A stretch of DNA of 64,000 nt, from NCBI GenBank assembly GCA_964531845.1, contig CAZHFI010000001.1, forward strand, positions 14,454 through 78,453, in the 5' to 3' direction. Numbering within the stretch: the first letter of the stretch is position 1; each line of letters begins with the position of its first letter. The position numbers were made by a program, and so were the translations under genes. Of this stretch, positions 1-9,247 are shown one piece after another. The notes under the pieces were generated by a model. It searched no databases, was not told the origin of the DNA, and saw only the letters and a list, made by a program, of their open reading frames with translations. The DNA is from an uncultured Nitrososphaeraceae archaeon (lineage in GTDB: Archaea > Thermoproteota > Nitrososphaeria > Nitrososphaerales > Nitrososphaeraceae).

Positions 1-446
1 AAATTAAATATCTTCTTATGAGATTTACTTAAATCTTCAAATTTTTTAATCATCACGTTTAATTTGCTTTTAAATAAGAGAATATCATCAATTGTGTTAA
101 ACTCGTATTTTTGAAATGAGATCTCTTTTTTTAAAGATTCTACCACTGTTTTTTTGGATTTCTCAACCACCGATTGAAATCTGGAATCTTCAACTTCGAT
201 ATGGTCTTTCTCTAATTGATCAAGTATAGTTTGTAAGTTTTTAAGTATAGAAGAAAAGGAATCAACATATGGAACCAATTTATCAGAAATTGATTTAATA
301 TTTTCTAATTCTTTAGAATTTATTTTAAGATAAGCGTCAGATAAAGATAGTGATAATTCATCTTGTTTACTAACATCAATATTCTTTGAAACAAAATTTT
401 GATTTTTATTCTTCCCTTTTTTAAGGAATCCCAAAAAAGATACCAT
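1..446 (-). CDS. hypothetical coiled-coil protein, partial (C-terminal part runs off the window start)
   Basis: An ATG at 446..444 on the minus strand opens a stop-free frame down to position 1: MVSFLGFLKKGKNKNQNFVSKNIDVSKQDELSLSLSDAYLKINSKELEN... It is absent from the ORF track because no stop lies inside the window. I recognise no family motif. Confidence 0.4.
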   Translation of the reverse strand, partial: MVSFLGFLKKGKNKNQNFVSKNIDVSKQDELSLSLSDAYLKINSKELENIKSISDKLVPYVDSFSSILKNLQTILDQLEKDHIEVEDSRFQSVVEKSKKTVVESLKKEISFQKYEFNTIDDILLFKSKLNVMIKKFEDLSKSHKKIFN

Positions 447-782
447 ATTTTTAATATTTAATAATACTAGATCTTTATCATATAAAAGTATTACAAAATT
501 TAATAATTAAATTGATATTTAACAAAAATTTGTCTCCTACCTAGTTTGACATCTAAAAGTTGATGGTAATACTAGTGAAGTTTAATAAAAATTTGGTTTG
601 CTCAGTTCATCTAGGCTAATAGGTAAACATATTTTCATAATACGAAAGATAAAAATATTTATAGTTTGGATATCAGACGAATTTGAAAATAAATTCGAGT
701 TTTTATTTTCTAAAATAATATGGTTGACATAATCCATTTCTTTTAGAATTTGTAAAAAGATTTTAGAAGACTGTTTTTGACT

Positions 783-922
783 GCTTTGTTGCATAACTAT
801 GATTTTCGTCGATTTTGATTAAAATAAAGAATATGGTATGATATAGGGAATTCATGTTAGCAATTTGTTCCTGTCAAAATTTTATTCCATATTGTCGATT
901 TTCATAGTTGTGCAACAAAGCA
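783..922 (+). mobile_element. MITE-like non-autonomous element, copy 1 (140 bp)
   Basis: The ends are GCTTTGTTGCATAACTATGA and TCATAGTTGTGCAACAAAGCA, a roughly 20-bp terminal inverted repeat with 1 mismatch. It is flanked by the 9-bp direct duplication TTTTTGACT at 774..782 and 923..931. It differs from 2769..2908 at 3 of 140 positions and has no internal ORF. Confidence 0.75.
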
Positions 923-1374
923 TTTTTGACTATTAATCTACTTTTAATGAGAAAAAGATCAATATTATTTCTAATTCTCACTATAATCAACGTAATCACA
1001 AACTTATTACTTCTTTACACTAATATTTAGGATTAGTAATTATAAATATTAAAAACTAATAAAAAGACAATGCTGATTCCAAAGGTGAGATATTTTTTAA
1101 TAGATTCTTAGTCTTTATATTTTTAGTTTTTATAAACCAAAATTAGAGTATAAAATTGTATGTTTACGTTTTTATATATAATATTAATCTTATTATTGCA
1201 GATTCATTGTATACATAATTTCTATGCAAAACTATTATGCACAAAATCATGTTAGTACAAAAAACTAAAATTTCCAAACATTTTTACTTTCGATAGCAAC
1301 CATAGATAAAAACCCATTTAAATGGTAACAGATATTAAACAAAATTTTAATCGGTTAATTAGAAAAAATAAGGT

Positions 1375-2163
1375 ATGGAAAAGTATAGAGAGAAAACTAT
1401 TCTAATTACGGGAGCATCTTCTGGTATTGGAAAAGAAGTAGTATATGCATTAGCGAAAAAAAAAGTTAGAAAAATAATTATTGTTTCTCGCTCCCAAACC
1501 AGATTAAGTATAATTTGTAATGATTTAAAAAATATTTGTGAAGTAGAAAGCTATCCTTGTGATATATCAATTAAAGAATCAGTTGCTAAAATGAAAAACG
1601 AGATTGAAGAAAAAAATGACAAGATTGACATTCTAATAAATAATGCGGGTTTTGGTATTTTTGGCAGCATAAATGAACAGAGTATCGAAAATATTGAATC
1701 AGTTATGGCAACAAATTATTTTGGAATGGTTTATTGTATAAAAAATTTTCTTCCAACGATGATGAGAAATAAATCTGGCCATATAATTAATATATCTTCA
1801 CTAGCTGCAAGTTTTGGTATCCCAATGATGGCACCTTATTGTGCATCCAAATTTGCAATGTTAGGCTTTTCAGAATCTTTATCTCATGAATTAAAGGGCA
1901 CTGGTGTAAGAATTACGATAATTAGTCCTATTGCAGTAAAAACAAATTTTTTTAATAATGATTCTTTCAATAATAAATTTCCACATAAATTGGGTTATGT
2001 ACTTGAAGCAGAAAAAGTTGCTGAAGCAGTGATAAAATCAATTAATTCGTCTCGGTTTGAAATTACAGTTCCTTTTTTTGCACGTGGAGCGATATGGCTA
2101 AAACATACTATTCCCTTTGTTGTAAATCCAATAATAAATAAGTCTTTTAAAAAGTACATGTAA
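1375..2163 (+). CDS. short-chain dehydrogenase/reductase (SDR) family oxidoreductase
   Basis: TGASSGIG Rossmann motif near the N-terminus, NNAG, and the catalytic Ser...YCASK (YxxxK) pattern. Length 262 aa. Confidence 0.85.
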   Translation: MEKYREKTILITGASSGIGKEVVYALAKKKVRKIIIVSRSQTRLSIICNDLKNICEVESYPCDISIKESVAKMKNEIEEKNDKIDILINNAGFGIFGSINEQSIENIESVMATNYFGMVYCIKNFLPTMMRNKSGHIINISSLAASFGIPMMAPYCASKFAMLGFSESLSHELKGTGVRITIISPIAVKTNFFNNDSFNNKFPHKLGYVLEAEKVAEAVIKSINSSRFEITVPFFARGAIWLKHTIPFVVNPIINKSFKKYM

Positions 2164-2491
2164 TAATACTATTGTATCAATAAGAAAAAATATTATTACA
2201 GGTTTCTGTAATTCAGAGTATCATGTTTCTATGTTTAATTAATAATATATTACTTATCTACAATTGACACAATAAAATAATTAATTAACCTATTGAACAT
2301 AAAATTAAGATTAGGAATTACATTATATTTTATAAATCTAAATTGACTTTGCAAATAGTCGTAGTGACTGCCTTTACCATTGAATTCAATTTTGATTTCT
2401 TTTGTATTCATCGTTTGACACTTTTAATAACTGTCTTTTAATTTAACAGAGGTATTGATTTCAGTGTTTGTTAAATATCATCAAGGCTATA

Positions 2492-2629
2492 ATGGTAAAT
2501 TACACGAGTTTATTGATACCTTTAATATTTGCAATCTTTCTAGCCGTTTTGTTAAATTCTACTTACACAAATCTAATGTGTATCTACATATTTTTTCTTT
2601 TCATAGGCATTGAATTACTTTTCCGATGA
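2492..2629 (+). CDS. possible 45-aa hydrophobic small protein
   Basis: ATG..TGA frame read by hand: MVNYTSLLIPLIFAIFLAVLLNSTYTNLMCIYIFFLFIGIELLFR. It would form two hydrophobic helices. It is below the ORF-track length cut-off and has no other support. Confidence 0.15.
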   Translation: MVNYTSLLIPLIFAIFLAVLLNSTYTNLMCIYIFFLFIGIELLFR

Positions 2630-2768
2630 ATATGTTTAAAGTTAAAACCCTCTAGTTTCATTTGGAGTGGATTTTTAAAGAAATAGTTTTGTTATAATGT
2701 TTACTTTAAGATTACTACTTGTGAAGGATATGTTTTAAGAGGAATATTACAAATTAATATTACTTTTT

Positions 2769-2908
2769 GCTTTGTTGCATAACTATGATTTTCGTCGATT
2801 TTGATTAAAATAGAGAATATGGTATTATATAGGGAATTCATGTTAGCAATTTTTTCCTGTCAAAATTTTATTCCATATTGTCGATTTTCATAGTTGTGCA
2901 ACAAAGCA
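2769..2908 (+). mobile_element. MITE-like non-autonomous element, copy 2 (140 bp)
   Basis: Same sequence and orientation as 783..922, with 3 mismatches. The flanks are TTACTTTTT (2760..2768) and TTACTTTTC (2909..2917), an 8/9 direct duplication. Confidence 0.75.
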
Positions 2909-3372
2909 TTACTTTTCATTATAAATTAATATACCTAGTTTTAAGTTAACGATGAGATCATCGATAGTTTTTGTTTTACCAATGTATTTATAAATCAACC
3001 ACATTAAAAATAACTAGAATTAATAATCTACTAATCCAGACAACAAATTATAAAAAGATTGCCTAGAATCTTATTATTAAACTAAAATTTAATAATATAA
3101 AGTGTCTAATAGAATATATTTTCATGTAAATCAATATTGATTTACCATTCTCTTTTTTTAAAAAAACGATCATATTTTATATGGATTCCATCTAACATAA
3201 AAACATCAGATTGTGGTGACATTCTTGTTAAATTATTTCCACATAGTTAATTCATTTGTTTAAATCCACATTCATGAAAAATCTGATATTGTTGAATTAT
3301 CAACTGATAATGTAATAAATAAGCACCAAATGGAAAGATAAAAATTTATTTGGAATTTTTGCAAGGTTTTCC

Positions 3373-5946
3373 GTGTCAAATTACAGGTGTCCAAATTGTA
3401 AGCATCCAAATTCCATTGAGATTAAAAATATATTTGACAAAAGATTATTGTTTAGTTGTTCAAAATGCAAAATATGTACAATAGTGGGAGAAAATAAATT
3501 TAATAAAAATTTAGATGAAATATACTTGGATTTTTTGGAACTTTATGATAACGGAAATTTTATGAAATATGACGAGTTAAAAGAGTTGTTAGAACGAGAA
3601 AAATTGATAAGACCCCTATATGAAATTCAACTAATTATTAAAAATAACCAACTAGGAGAAAACGAATTATTAAATAAAATTCTCATGACAGATAAAGATT
3701 ATTTGGCAGATTTTAGATTAATAAACAGGATTCAAAATAAGGAAGGTATTGATATTGAAAAATTACCCATAAATCAAAAAATAATCGAATACCTCAGGTC
3801 CATTAATATCAACTTTCTTTATAAATTTCAAGAAGAATCAATTAAAAAAATTCTTCAAGGAAAAGATATAATCATAATTGCCCCGACAGCCTCTGGAAAA
3901 ACCGAAGCATTTACAATTCCGATTATAGAAAAAATTATTTCTGAAATTGAAGAGATAGATAATAAATATGAAACAAATAAGATATTAGCATTATTTATCT
4001 ATCCAACAAAGGCGTTAGAAAGAGATCAATTATCAAAAATCCAAAAAATATCAGAATCGGTCAAGATAAATGCAAGGATTTTTGATGGAGATCTTATCCA
4101 AGAAGAAAGAAATCTATTTTTTGAAAATCCTCCGCATATCCTAATTACTAATTTCGATACTATCCATTATAACCTCATAAATAATACCAGGTTATCTAGA
4201 CTTCTCAACACCATCAAGTATATAGTAATTGACGAAGTTCATACGTATTCTGGTATTTTTGGATCTAATATACATTTTATTATTAAAAGATTAGAGAGAT
4301 TATTAAAAACAAAAAAGGTACAAATAATTGCATCATCTGCTACGCTTCCAAATGCAGAGAATTTTTGTGATGAACTTTTCGCTAGAACTTTGGAAGTTGT
4401 ACAGGAAAATGGAAAGATAGGAAAGATAAACTTTGTGATGTTATATCCTTCATTAAGAACACGTAGGTCTCTTGTAATGGATTTAACTAAAAATATGTTA
4501 AAATATGATCATAAAACAATAGTTTTTAATAATTCTCATCAAAGTGCAGAGTTATTTGCATTTTATGCAAAAAAAAATGGAATCCAAGTTGGTGTACATA
4601 GGTCTGGATTGTTACCAACATTGAGAAAAAAAAATGAAGAATTATTTAAAATCAACAGACTAATGATTATTTCTGCCACTCCTACACTTGAACTTGGTAT
4701 AGATATTGGAGATATAGATTCTGTTATATCAGATATTGTCCCTATAAATAGACTCATACAAAGATTGGGAAGAGCATCTAGGAAAGGTCAAGAAGGATAT
4801 GCTTTTCTTGCTTTGGGCAATGATCCTATAAGTCAATATTATAGACTACACCCTGATGATTATTTTGAAGACCAAGAAATTCCCTATATCGACTCTGATA
4901 ATCAGTTTGTAAAAGAGGTTCAAGTACTTGCAATGTGTATGGATAAACCATTATCAAAAATTGAAGAAAGACCAATTTATGATGTAATTAAACTTCTCTT
5001 ATCAAGGAATTTGATTCAATTAAAGGAAAATAGTTTTATTCCCACACCGAGAGGAAAAGAACTAATAAAAAAATATAGCTTAAGAGGGATAGGAAAAAGT
5101 GTAGATATATTTTTTAATGAGAAAAAAATAGGAGAAAGAAATTTGCCTCAGGCGTTAGATGAGTTATATCCAAACGCGATATATTTTTTAGGTGGAACAC
5201 GTTATAAAGTCAAAACATCTCATATTAGTGATGATAAAGATAATGAATCAAAATATGCCAAACTTATCACTATTCCAAAAAATAATCCATATTATACCAA
5301 ACCCATTGTAGAGGAACATCCTGAAATTTTAGAAACTTATGAAGAAAAAAAAATACTGGAGTTAGATGTTAGGTATTGTTCATTAAAAATAATCAAAAAA
5401 ATAGTTGGTTATGTCAATATAGAGATTGGAAAGGATGAATCAAAAGGATTGAAAATCTTTTTTGATGATCCGATCTCATATCAATATGTTACCAAAGGGA
5501 TGATCTTTAAAGTTCCTAGACCTTTAGACATCTTGTTAAAATCTGAAAACAGTCAAAATATTGAGATGAGTGGATATCATGCTTCAGAACATGTCTTAAT
5601 TGAGGGGAGTTCCATGATTACAGGAGGAGCATCTCATGACCTTGGAGGGATTTCTCTTGGGTCCTCCGGAATTATTGTCATTCATGATAGTGCGATTGGT
5701 GGAAATGGAGCAAGTAAAGTATTGTTTGAAAGATTTGAGAAAGCCATTTATCGTGCCTATGATATCCTAACTGAATGTCCATGTAGAAATGAGGATGGAT
5801 GTCCAAGATGTACCTATTCTTACAGATGTGGTAACAATAATGAGTTTTTACATAAAAAAACAGCAATTGAAGTAATTCATAGAATAATCGAAAAAGAGAA
5901 AACAGAATTGACTGATTTTGGATTGATTGAAAGGACATTTGTATGA
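3373..5946 (+). CDS. SF2 DEAD/DEAH-box helicase with N-terminal zinc ribbon and C-terminal DUF1998/MrfA-type Zn-binding domain
   Basis: GTG start. N-terminal CPNC...CSKC ribbon. Helicase motifs APTASGKT (I), DEVH (II), SSAT (III) and QRLGRASRKG (VI). The C-terminal cluster CPCRNEDGCPRCTYSYRCGNNN is characteristic of DUF1998. Confidence 0.85.
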   Translation: MSNYRCPNCKHPNSIEIKNIFDKRLLFSCSKCKICTIVGENKFNKNLDEIYLDFLELYDNGNFMKYDELKELLEREKLIRPLYEIQLIIKNNQLGENELLNKILMTDKDYLADFRLINRIQNKEGIDIEKLPINQKIIEYLRSININFLYKFQEESIKKILQGKDIIIIAPTASGKTEAFTIPIIEKIISEIEEIDNKYETNKILALFIYPTKALERDQLSKIQKISESVKINARIFDGDLIQEERNLFFENPPHILITNFDTIHYNLINNTRLSRLLNTIKYIVIDEVHTYSGIFGSNIHFIIKRLERLLKTKKVQIIASSATLPNAENFCDELFARTLEVVQENGKIGKINFVMLYPSLRTRRSLVMDLTKNMLKYDHKTIVFNNSHQSAELFAFYAKKNGIQVGVHRSGLLPTLRKKNEELFKINRLMIISATPTLELGIDIGDIDSVISDIVPINRLIQRLGRASRKGQEGYAFLALGNDPISQYYRLHPDDYFEDQEIPYIDSDNQFVKEVQVLAMCMDKPLSKIEERPIYDVIKLLLSRNLIQLKENSFIPTPRGKELIKKYSLRGIGKSVDIFFNEKKIGERNLPQALDELYPNAIYFLGGTRYKVKTSHISDDKDNESKYAKLITIPKNNPYYTKPIVEEHPEILETYEEKKILELDVRYCSLKIIKKIVGYVNIEIGKDESKGLKIFFDDPISYQYVTKGMIFKVPRPLDILLKSENSQNIEMSGYHASEHVLIEGSSMITGGASHDLGGISLGSSGIIVIHDSAIGGNGASKVLFERFEKAIYRAYDILTECPCRNEDGCPRCTYSYRCGNNNEFLHKKTAIEVIHRIIEKEKTELTDFGLIERTFV

Positions 5947-5983
5947 GATAACATAACAATAACTAATGAATATCAAATAATTA

Positions 5984-6931
5984 CTATTTGGAATTATCTC
6001 TTTCTATTTCTATATATATTTTAGATGGATTTACATAAGGTATGGTTTTTTTTATATGTGCCTCTATATTATCAATAACAAATCCGATCATATCTGTATC
6101 AAGTCCGTCTATAAGACTTACCTCCATAGCGATAAGAACATCATCGGGTGAAAAATGCATTGTTCGAAGAGAAATAATTCTTTTTACCTCTGGGATTTTT
6201 TTAACAACTTTGAGGATTTTGTTGTATTCAGATTTTGAAATCGCTTCTCCTATTAATAATGCTCTATTTTCTTTGGCAAGAAAGAATGCAAAACCCATCA
6301 AAACACAACCGATAGCTAATGAAGATATAGAATCATATACTGTATTTTTGGTTAAATCGGATATAAAGATTCCAATACCTGCAATTGCAATTCCCAATAA
6401 TGCAGCCGAGTCCTCCACCATTACCGTAATAAGAGCTGGGTCCTTGCTATCTTGAAATTCCTTAAACAGATTACCAAGTGTTATTTTTTTATGTTGACGA
6501 CGGATAGCTTCTTTAAAAAACTTCAAGGCGATACTTAGTGCGTATCCTTCAAAGCAAGCAGAAATTAAAAGTATAAGATAACTTAACGTTACATTTTCAA
6601 TAGTACGTTTCCCGTGAATATCAATTAAATCGCCGATCCCGTGTTGAAATGACAAGATTCCGGAAATTCCAAACAACATTGTTGCCACTATAAAAGACCA
6701 GAAAAATCTGTCTTTTCCGTAACCAAAAGGATGTCTTTCGCTTGCTGCTTTCTTGCTAGTTTTAATTCCTAACAACAATAATAACTGATTAGATGTATCA
6801 GAAAATGAATGAAATGTTTCTGCGAGCATAGCCGTACTGCCAGTAAAAATAGTTGCAATAAGTTTTGAAATGGCAATTGCCAGATTTCCAAATAGTGCCG
6901 CATATATAGCTTTATTAGAAGTTCCCTTCAA
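5984..6931 (-). CDS. cation diffusion facilitator (CDF) family divalent-metal efflux transporter
   Basis: Multi-TM N-terminal half followed by a soluble C-terminal domain. CDF signature region FGNLAIAISKLIATIFTGSTAMLAETFHSFSDTSNQ. Confidence 0.85.
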   Translation of the reverse strand: MKGTSNKAIYAALFGNLAIAISKLIATIFTGSTAMLAETFHSFSDTSNQLLLLLGIKTSKKAASERHPFGYGKDRFFWSFIVATMLFGISGILSFQHGIGDLIDIHGKRTIENVTLSYLILLISACFEGYALSIALKFFKEAIRRQHKKITLGNLFKEFQDSKDPALITVMVEDSAALLGIAIAGIGIFISDLTKNTVYDSISSLAIGCVLMGFAFFLAKENRALLIGEAISKSEYNKILKVVKKIPEVKRIISLRTMHFSPDDVLIAMEVSLIDGLDTDMIGFVIDNIEAHIKKTIPYVNPSKIYIEIERDNSK

Positions 6932-7038
6932 TTCAATAATACTCGGTTTTATTATTCTTTTTCATATAACTGAAATATAACTTATTGGAATGAAATAAAT
7001 ATCGAATTTATATTTTTTGCTTTCAGTGATATATATAC

Positions 7039-7254
7039 CTACTTTTCATTTGTAAGATTAGATATTATATCTTTAGAGGATTCTGAAACAATTTCCTGAA
7101 TAGAGTCCTTTGTATTTTTAGTTATATTACCTATAGTTTGAGTAATACCCAATTTATCAGCTCCTTTTAAGACACCTTTAAAAAAATTATCCCAACCTAA
7201 TCCTATAATAGCTAGAAAGGTAACAAATAAGAGAATCCATACAATGAAACCCAT
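7039..7254 (-). CDS. small membrane-anchored hypothetical protein
   Basis: 71-aa ORF with one N-terminal TM helix (FIVWILLFVTFLAIIGLGW). No family recognised. Confidence 0.35.
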   Translation of the reverse strand: MGFIVWILLFVTFLAIIGLGWDNFFKGVLKGADKLGITQTIGNITKNTKDSIQEIVSESSKDIISNLTNEK

Positions 7255-7534
7255 TTCAGAAATTATTATGTCAGTATCTATTTTAATAATTACTACAATT
7301 TTTTAACAATTTTTTATAATTCTTCTTTTTGGTAATTTTTCATAGAAATGTCTTTAAGATTTTAGTTTCTACACAAAATTTTAAATAATTGAATTTAAAC
7401 AAATAATAAATAGATTAAAAAGATAAAAAAATTGAAATTGATTTAGGATATAATTTTGTGTGAATTTGAAAATAGATGTAGTTTAACGTTAAAATGGATA
7501 ATTAAAATGTCAAGCTAAAATGAAAAAAGATTAT

Positions 7535-9190
7535 TTAGACGACTAGAATATGAATAGCCTTTGAGACCGAAACAGAATTGTTGTCAGCTCCTAACATCAA
7601 AACATAATTGCCTGGTTCTTGATCAGGAGAGACATTTATAATGAAATAAAACAGTTTTTGATTTCCTTTTTGAAGTATTATTGGATTTTCACTGAAATAA
7701 CCTGATGATGGTGCCAATTCACCTGTGGGTGTTGAAGTGGAGGATGAAATTGGCTTTAAATTAACACTTTCATTTGCATGAATAATTAATGGTATTTCTT
7801 TACTCTCCCCTTGTTTTACAACTATTGTATTATGAGGCGAAAATACAGAAAAAGGAATTGAAGAATTTTTAATAAAACCAATTTTGTTTTCTGACCATTC
7901 GGTAAACCAGATTTTTCCGTCTTTTTCATCCGAAAATTGGAGAATGTTACCAATGCCACAATTATTAATCTCAAGGTTTGATGGATCACATGGTCCAAAC
8001 AATTTATTTTGTGACGGCAACCAGTATTCGGTTAAGATCTCATTTGCGGGGTCAAATCTTGCAATCTGATTGCCAGTATGTTCGTTAAAAAGAACTGTTG
8101 AGTTAAATCCATTTTTTAACCAGTAAGGTAAAGTGTACGCTCCTCTGATTTCATTGCCTCCAAACAATTTTGTGGACGCCATAGAGGTAGTAAATTTTGT
8201 AATATTTTCGGTATTAACATTAAATTTAAAAAAGATGTTTGTCCCATGGTCAGTGACCCAAAGATTATTGTTTCCATCCAAAAGTAACCCTACAGGTGAG
8301 GTCAAATCGGAGGGGAGTACAAAGGTTTTGAAAGAATTATTAATAATATCGTATTTTAGAATTAATCCTTTCTGTCCAAATGCAAGCATAGAAATCCAAA
8401 CAACCGGATTTTTCTTGTCGACAACTATTGAGCCTACACTTACCAAGTCAGGTTCTATCCCTTTAAATTCATCAATGGGTAAATCAATTACAGAAATACC
8501 AGATGAAGTTCCATTTTTCATTTGAGAAATGTTACCAATATAGAGGGAAGGTGTCCTTATTCCTACGAAATATATATTACCTTTAGAATCGAAATCAATT
8601 GAAACAGGATACGACGTACCAAACAAACTTGAATTTGAAGGAACTGGAAACATTTCAAATGATTTATTAATTTTATCAAATTTCCAAATGCTGTTTTGTT
8701 TCTCATCTGTAAACCAAAGATTACTCCCAGATAGATCGTGTTTTAATTCCCAAACTTGAGACGAATCTGTAGGTAGGTCTCTTGACTTCCATATTGGAAT
8801 AGCATATTTTGTAAATTTTTCATGGTTTATGTCATATTTAACTAATAATCCATTTTTGGTTGAAATGTACCAAACTCCTTCATCGTCTATAGTTATAGCT
8901 AAAGGCATCTCGCATTTTGATGAAGTCTTTATTTCTGATACATAAAAATTAGAATTTACTTTGGAATCAGATCCACAAAATTGAAGTTCGTACCTAGATA
9001 TTGCATCATTCCTTGATTCTATCATTTTGCCTTGAATATTATTATTCTGAATTTCAGTATTTTGTTCTTGTGTGTATGAAGTTAAAAAATAAAAATTTGA
9101 AAAAAACATTAAAATTCCCAATCCAGAAAATAAAATGATTTGTAAAGACCATAAATCATTGGTATAAAATATGGATTTACTATGATTCAC
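7535..9190 (-). CDS. membrane-anchored extracellular beta-propeller repeat protein (Vgb/streptogramin-lyase-like repeats) with Ig-like C-terminal tail
   Basis: N-terminal TM anchor. Recurring blade motifs LWFTDE, IWFTEW, LWVTDH, VWYIST and VWISML at regular spacing. The C-terminal ~100 aa looks like a beta-sandwich. Confidence 0.55.
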   Translation of the reverse strand: MNHSKSIFYTNDLWSLQIILFSGLGILMFFSNFYFLTSYTQEQNTEIQNNNIQGKMIESRNDAISRYELQFCGSDSKVNSNFYVSEIKTSSKCEMPLAITIDDEGVWYISTKNGLLVKYDINHEKFTKYAIPIWKSRDLPTDSSQVWELKHDLSGSNLWFTDEKQNSIWKFDKINKSFEMFPVPSNSSLFGTSYPVSIDFDSKGNIYFVGIRTPSLYIGNISQMKNGTSSGISVIDLPIDEFKGIEPDLVSVGSIVVDKKNPVVWISMLAFGQKGLILKYDIINNSFKTFVLPSDLTSPVGLLLDGNNNLWVTDHGTNIFFKFNVNTENITKFTTSMASTKLFGGNEIRGAYTLPYWLKNGFNSTVLFNEHTGNQIARFDPANEILTEYWLPSQNKLFGPCDPSNLEINNCGIGNILQFSDEKDGKIWFTEWSENKIGFIKNSSIPFSVFSPHNTIVVKQGESKEIPLIIHANESVNLKPISSSTSTPTGELAPSSGYFSENPIILQKGNQKLFYFIINVSPDQEPGNYVLMLGADNNSVSVSKAIHILVV

Positions 9191-9247
9191 ATAAGTTAAA
9201 AAATTTAAATGATTTATATTGTTAACTGAAAAAACAGAAAATTTTAA

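Noticed and set aside
582-794. 70-aa ORF on the minus strand
   Set aside because: Its ATG and first four codons come from the terminal repeat of the MITE copy at 783..922. Reconstructing the pre-insertion sequence gives a stop two codons upstream and no start. The composition is low-complexity. It is probably an artefact of the insertion.
6042-6455. 137-aa plus-strand ORF, and similar long antisense ORFs: 8133..8525, 15314..15652, 26349..26765, 34056..34385, 34428..34889, 35980..36456, 46640..47005, 50335..50712, 56238..56534, 60330..60611
   Set aside because: All lie antisense to genes with strong motif support: CDF, propeller, purP, hom, tyrA, aminotransferase, aroC, purM, lysK, nrdJ and cdvB. 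They have biased S/I/L/F-rich composition typical of shadow frames.
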